From Alphaproteobacteria bacterium (GTDB lineage: Bacteria > Pseudomonadota > Alphaproteobacteria > CALKHQ01): a DNA stretch of 64,000 nucleotides. The position numbers were made by a program, and so were the translations under genes. The DNA lies in the NCBI GenBank assembly GCA_965227515.1, contig CBDDFZ010000002.1:992001-1056000 (forward strand), read 5' to 3'. This document shows positions 61,163 to 64,000 of the stretch, one piece after another. Below the pieces are notes generated by a model. That model was not told the origin of the DNA, ran no database searches, and saw nothing but the letters and a program-made list of their open reading frames with translations. Numbering within the stretch: position 1 is the first letter of the stretch; every line of letters starts with the position of its first letter.

Positions 61163-61891
61163 TTAGTCGTCCACCATCTCGGTCACGTAGCGGTAGTCGA
61201 CCTCGATGCCGAGCAGGCACTTGTCGGCGCGGCGCCGAGCCGGCTGTTCACGAGGTTCGCGCGTCCTCGGGCACTCGCACTTCAGCGGCACCGGAAAATT
61301 GTACTCGATCTTATGCAGGCCGGCGCCGCCCGGCACGCGTACCAACTTGGCCGGTTTGGACTTGATCTTCTTGGTGGGCTGAAGCGTGTAGACGCTTTGC
61401 ACGGCACCGCACCGCTTGACCGGGCTTTGCAGGACGGAAACCTTCGGGTGGTGGGCGCCGTCGTAGCTGACCTTGAGCTCCAGTCGGGTGACGTTGCATT
61501 TGCCGCCGGCGCGATGGCAGCGGCAGAAGAACGGAAACTGGAACACAAGCTCCAGGCGCTCGAAGTCACCTGTCTTGCGATAACCCGCCGGCTGGCCGGT
61601 CGACGGGTACGGTGGCTCGTGCGACATCACCTCTCTCGTCACCACCCAACGGTGATTCTGCAGCATGAGGACGGGGTCGCGGCCGCGTGGCGTGGGCGGC
61701 TCGGGTGCGGGCGGGGCCGGCGGTGACGGCGGCCGGCGTGGCCGCGTATTGCGGATCCGCACTTCCTTCTTCTTCCTGAGCTTGTACTTCAGGTCAAAGA
61801 CGCCGGAGCGCAGGTCGCCGCGGCATGTGCGGTTTGGCTGGACGAACGTGATGAACTCGAAGCTCTTGATGTGAATCTGCATGTGCGGCAT
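61163..61891 (-). CDS. hypothetical basic, Cys-containing protein
   Basis: 242 aa ORF with GC-rich third positions and Lys-rich composition unlike shadow ORFs; no recognised family. Confidence 0.55.
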   Translation of the reverse strand: MPHMQIHIKSFEFITFVQPNRTCRGDLRSGVFDLKYKLRKKKEVRIRNTRPRRPPSPPAPPAPEPPTPRGRDPVLMLQNHRWVVTREVMSHEPPYPSTGQPAGYRKTGDFERLELVFQFPFFCRCHRAGGKCNVTRLELKVSYDGAHHPKVSVLQSPVKRCGAVQSVYTLQPTKKIKSKPAKLVRVPGGAGLHKIEYNFPVPLKCECPRTREPREQPARRRADKCLLGIEVDYRYVTEMVDD

Positions 61892-62137
61892 GGCGACACC
61901 CGCGTGGTTCGCGATCTGCGCACAGGCGGTCCAAGACCGATGGTGTTGGGCTGTCGTGGCGAACAGGCCACGAAATGCAGTTATCGATGGCGTCTCATGC
62001 CATGTCGGCGTCCCGCGCTGCGTGCGCGGGCTTGGCTACTCTGATGGCTGATCGCTTGGTTTGAAGCACCAGTCTTGCACGACCGTTGCCGGTTGTGAAC
62101 CGGCGCGCCCGCGATGGACGTGAGGTGGCTCAGCGCC

Positions 62138-62310
62138 GTAGCCCGGGTGGAGCGTAGCGAAACCCGGGTTCCACTTCGGTCCACCCAGGCCACGGGGCTA
62201 ATCGATCAAACGCGCGAATGGAGTGGCACGTCATCCGGGTCAGACAGCAACCGACCAGCCCTGGATTGCGCTTCGATCCCTCCAGGTTACAAGTTCATTG
62301 TGAATCGAGT
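62138..62310. repeat. GTAG-type REP cluster (left)
   Basis: GTAGCCCGGGTGGAGCGTAGCGAAACCCGGG..CACCCAGGCCAC (62138-62193) plus an inverted degenerate arm ending CCAGGTTAC (62279-62310). Confidence 0.8.
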
Positions 62311-62359
62311 AGAGAGTCCATAGTCCTGTGGGTCTGTTATAACACTGTCGAGGTCAACG

Positions 62360-63004
62360 ATGTGTGCAGCGAAAAAAGTAATTCCTGAGTATTTCTATGT
62401 ATTTGTAGATAACAACAATCTTCAGACGAAATGGAATTTCAACCTACGTGGTGTTTTCTCTTCTTCCGCATTCACGCAGGCAGCGACTGGAGATGAGAGA
62501 ATTAGAAAGCTTTACCTGAGCGGCGAAGCCACGTACCTACCATACATTCTGGGCAAACCTTCGGTGGATTTTGTATCTCCATATTTGCTCACAGCAATAC
62601 AAAAGTACCGAATTGAATACGATGCAGAAATTTGCCGATATTCTAAATATTCAACACTACCATCTCGCATGTCGGCCGTTTTTGCGTTTGGTGACATAAA
62701 TTCTTGTGAAATGGCTGCTCAACGATATGGATGGGACATTGGAAGCGTGAACAAGTTTAGGCTCCTGGAGCACGATCTGAACCGTATTGCTCGAGTGAAT
62801 ATGGAGATTGTAAGCTTGGCAAGTCTGGTTTATAGGCACAGTAGTCTTGATCAGATGGAAATTCAGAAATATTGGACTGCGTATTGGTCTGGAGTAGATG
62901 TAATGGAAATGGAAATACCTGGTGCAGAATTCGGCTCTCGTAAGCGAGTTCGATGTGATGTTATTTGGGAGTATTTGATCGAAGGTGCGTTAATGAAGGT
63001 GTGA
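62360..63004 (+). CDS. AT-rich hypothetical protein, DUF2441-like (possible ADP-ribosyltransferase fold)
   Basis: E...E..R......PSR..VFAF, YW.G and WEYLIEG motifs; GAGG RBS; composition sharply AT-rich. Confidence 0.55.
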   Translation: MCAAKKVIPEYFYVFVDNNNLQTKWNFNLRGVFSSSAFTQAATGDERIRKLYLSGEATYLPYILGKPSVDFVSPYLLTAIQKYRIEYDAEICRYSKYSTLPSRMSAVFAFGDINSCEMAAQRYGWDIGSVNKFRLLEHDLNRIARVNMEIVSLASLVYRHSSLDQMEIQKYWTAYWSGVDVMEMEIPGAEFGSRKRVRCDVIWEYLIEGALMKV

Positions 63005-63052
63005 TTGCCGTAGATGTAGCTGCGACATGTCGGGAATAGTAGTGGCAGCATC

Positions 63053-63108
63053 GTAGCCCGGGTGGAGCGCAGCGAAACCCGGGTTCAACTTCCGTCCACC
63101 CAGGCTAC
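63053..63108. repeat. GTAG-type REP (right), direct repeat of 62138-62193
   Basis: 52 of 56 positions identical to 62138-62193. Confidence 0.85.
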
Positions 63109-63115
63109 CGGACCA

Positions 63116-64000
63116 TCAGTCCATCATCGCCACGAAGCCGGCTGCGTAGGGGCCGATGTCGATGCCGTCGTCGGCCAGGCTGACGACGAAGCCGCTGTCG
63201 CCCAGCACCTCGGCGCGGTTGATCTGGTCGGCGCTCAGCGGGTGGCGCAACGGCGTGGCGGTCAGGTTGAACAGGCACAGCAGCGTCTGGTCGTCGCCAC
63301 GGCGCAGGAACACGATCAGCTCGTCGGCGCTGTCCAGCAGTTCGATGTCGTGGGTGGCGAGCGCCGGCTGTTCCTTGCGCCAGCGCAGGAACGTGCGCAC
63401 GTGGTGGAGCGGGCTGTTGGGGTCGCTCTCCTGCACGTCGACGGCGCGCTTCAGGTGGTCGTCGTCGATCGGCAGCCACGGCTCGGCGGTCGAGAACCCG
63501 GCATGCTTGGCCCGGGCCTGCCACGGCATCGGCGTGCGCGCGCCGTCGCGGCCCTTGAAGTGCGGGTAGTACTTGATCGAGAACGGGTCGCGCATCCGCT
63601 CGAACGGCACGTGGCCGTCTGCCATTCCCAGTTCCGCGCCCTGATAGATGCAGGCGCTGCCGTTCAGGCTGGTCTCGAACGCGATCACCGCCGCCGCCAG
63701 ATGCGACTGCTGGTCGGCGCTCAGGCCGTCGCCGGCCAGCCGCCCGACCACCCGCGGCAGATCGTGGTTGGAGGTGGTGTAGACGATCTTGTCGGCGCCG
63801 ATCGTCTCCAGGCAGCGGACCACCTCTTGCCGCATCTGCTGGGGCGGCATCACGTCGAAGCTCAGGAGGCTGAAATTGTAGGCCGCGTGCAGCAGCTTGT
63901 CGGTGGCGGTGTACTTGGCGGTGACGTCGAGCGACTTCGGGCCGCCGACCTCGCCGACCAGATAGCGGTCGCCGTCATAGCTGTCGGCCAGCGCGCGCAA
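63116..64000 (-). CDS. alpha-glucosidase, GH13 family (5' end outside the window)
   Basis: LVGEV, SNHDLPR, IYQGAELG, GRDGARTPMPW, GFS...PWLP. Confidence 0.9.
   Translation of the reverse strand: MRALADSYDGDRYLVGEVGGPKSLDVTAKYTATDKLLHAAYNFSLLSFDVMPPQQMRQEVVRCLETIGADKIVYTTSNHDLPRVVGRLAGDGLSADQQSHLAAAVIAFETSLNGSACIYQGAELGMADGHVPFERMRDPFSIKYYPHFKGRDGARTPMPWQARAKHAGFSTAEPWLPIDDDHLKRAVDVQESDPNSPLHHVRTFLRWRKEQPALATHDIELLDSADELIVFLRRGDDQTLLCLFNLTATPLRHPLSADQINRAEVLGDSGFVVSLADDGIDIGPYAAGFVAMMD

Noticed and set aside
62138-63108. Integron attC sites around the AT-rich ORF
   Set aside because: The repeats begin with GTAG and match REP structure; RYYYAAC/GTTRRRY ends and intI are absent.

Overview
GC-rich alphaproteobacterial chromosomal segment (alpha-type rpsU/def/COQ9, IalB, Flp pilins, alpha-type palindromic repeats). 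Housekeeping genes: purH, leuC/leuD/leuB, rpsU, def, proS (archaeal/eukaryotic type), rpsD. Accessory modules: (i) cytochrome P460-family / DUF6969-like / FGE-sulfatase-family operon; (ii) dispersed surface-polysaccharide genes (wzc, capD-like, ugd, ArnT/GT39); (iii) an isomerase-PfkB kinase-SelA/DgaE-like sugar operon; (iv) a ~9 kb copper island with two back-to-back MerR-type CueR promoters driving copA one way and cueR + three c-type cytochromes + multicopper oxidase + DUF411 the other; (v) a variable 36.5-46 kb region with two ~550 bp direct repeats, each carrying an orphan Flp pilin whose 3' UTR holds a conserved 9-nt perfect complement of its own ribosome-binding site; (vi) several AT-rich single-gene insertions, one bracketed by direct-repeat GTAG REPs. 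No rRNA, tRNA, CRISPR array, integrase or transposase was recognised. All product calls come from motifs read by eye, not from database searches.
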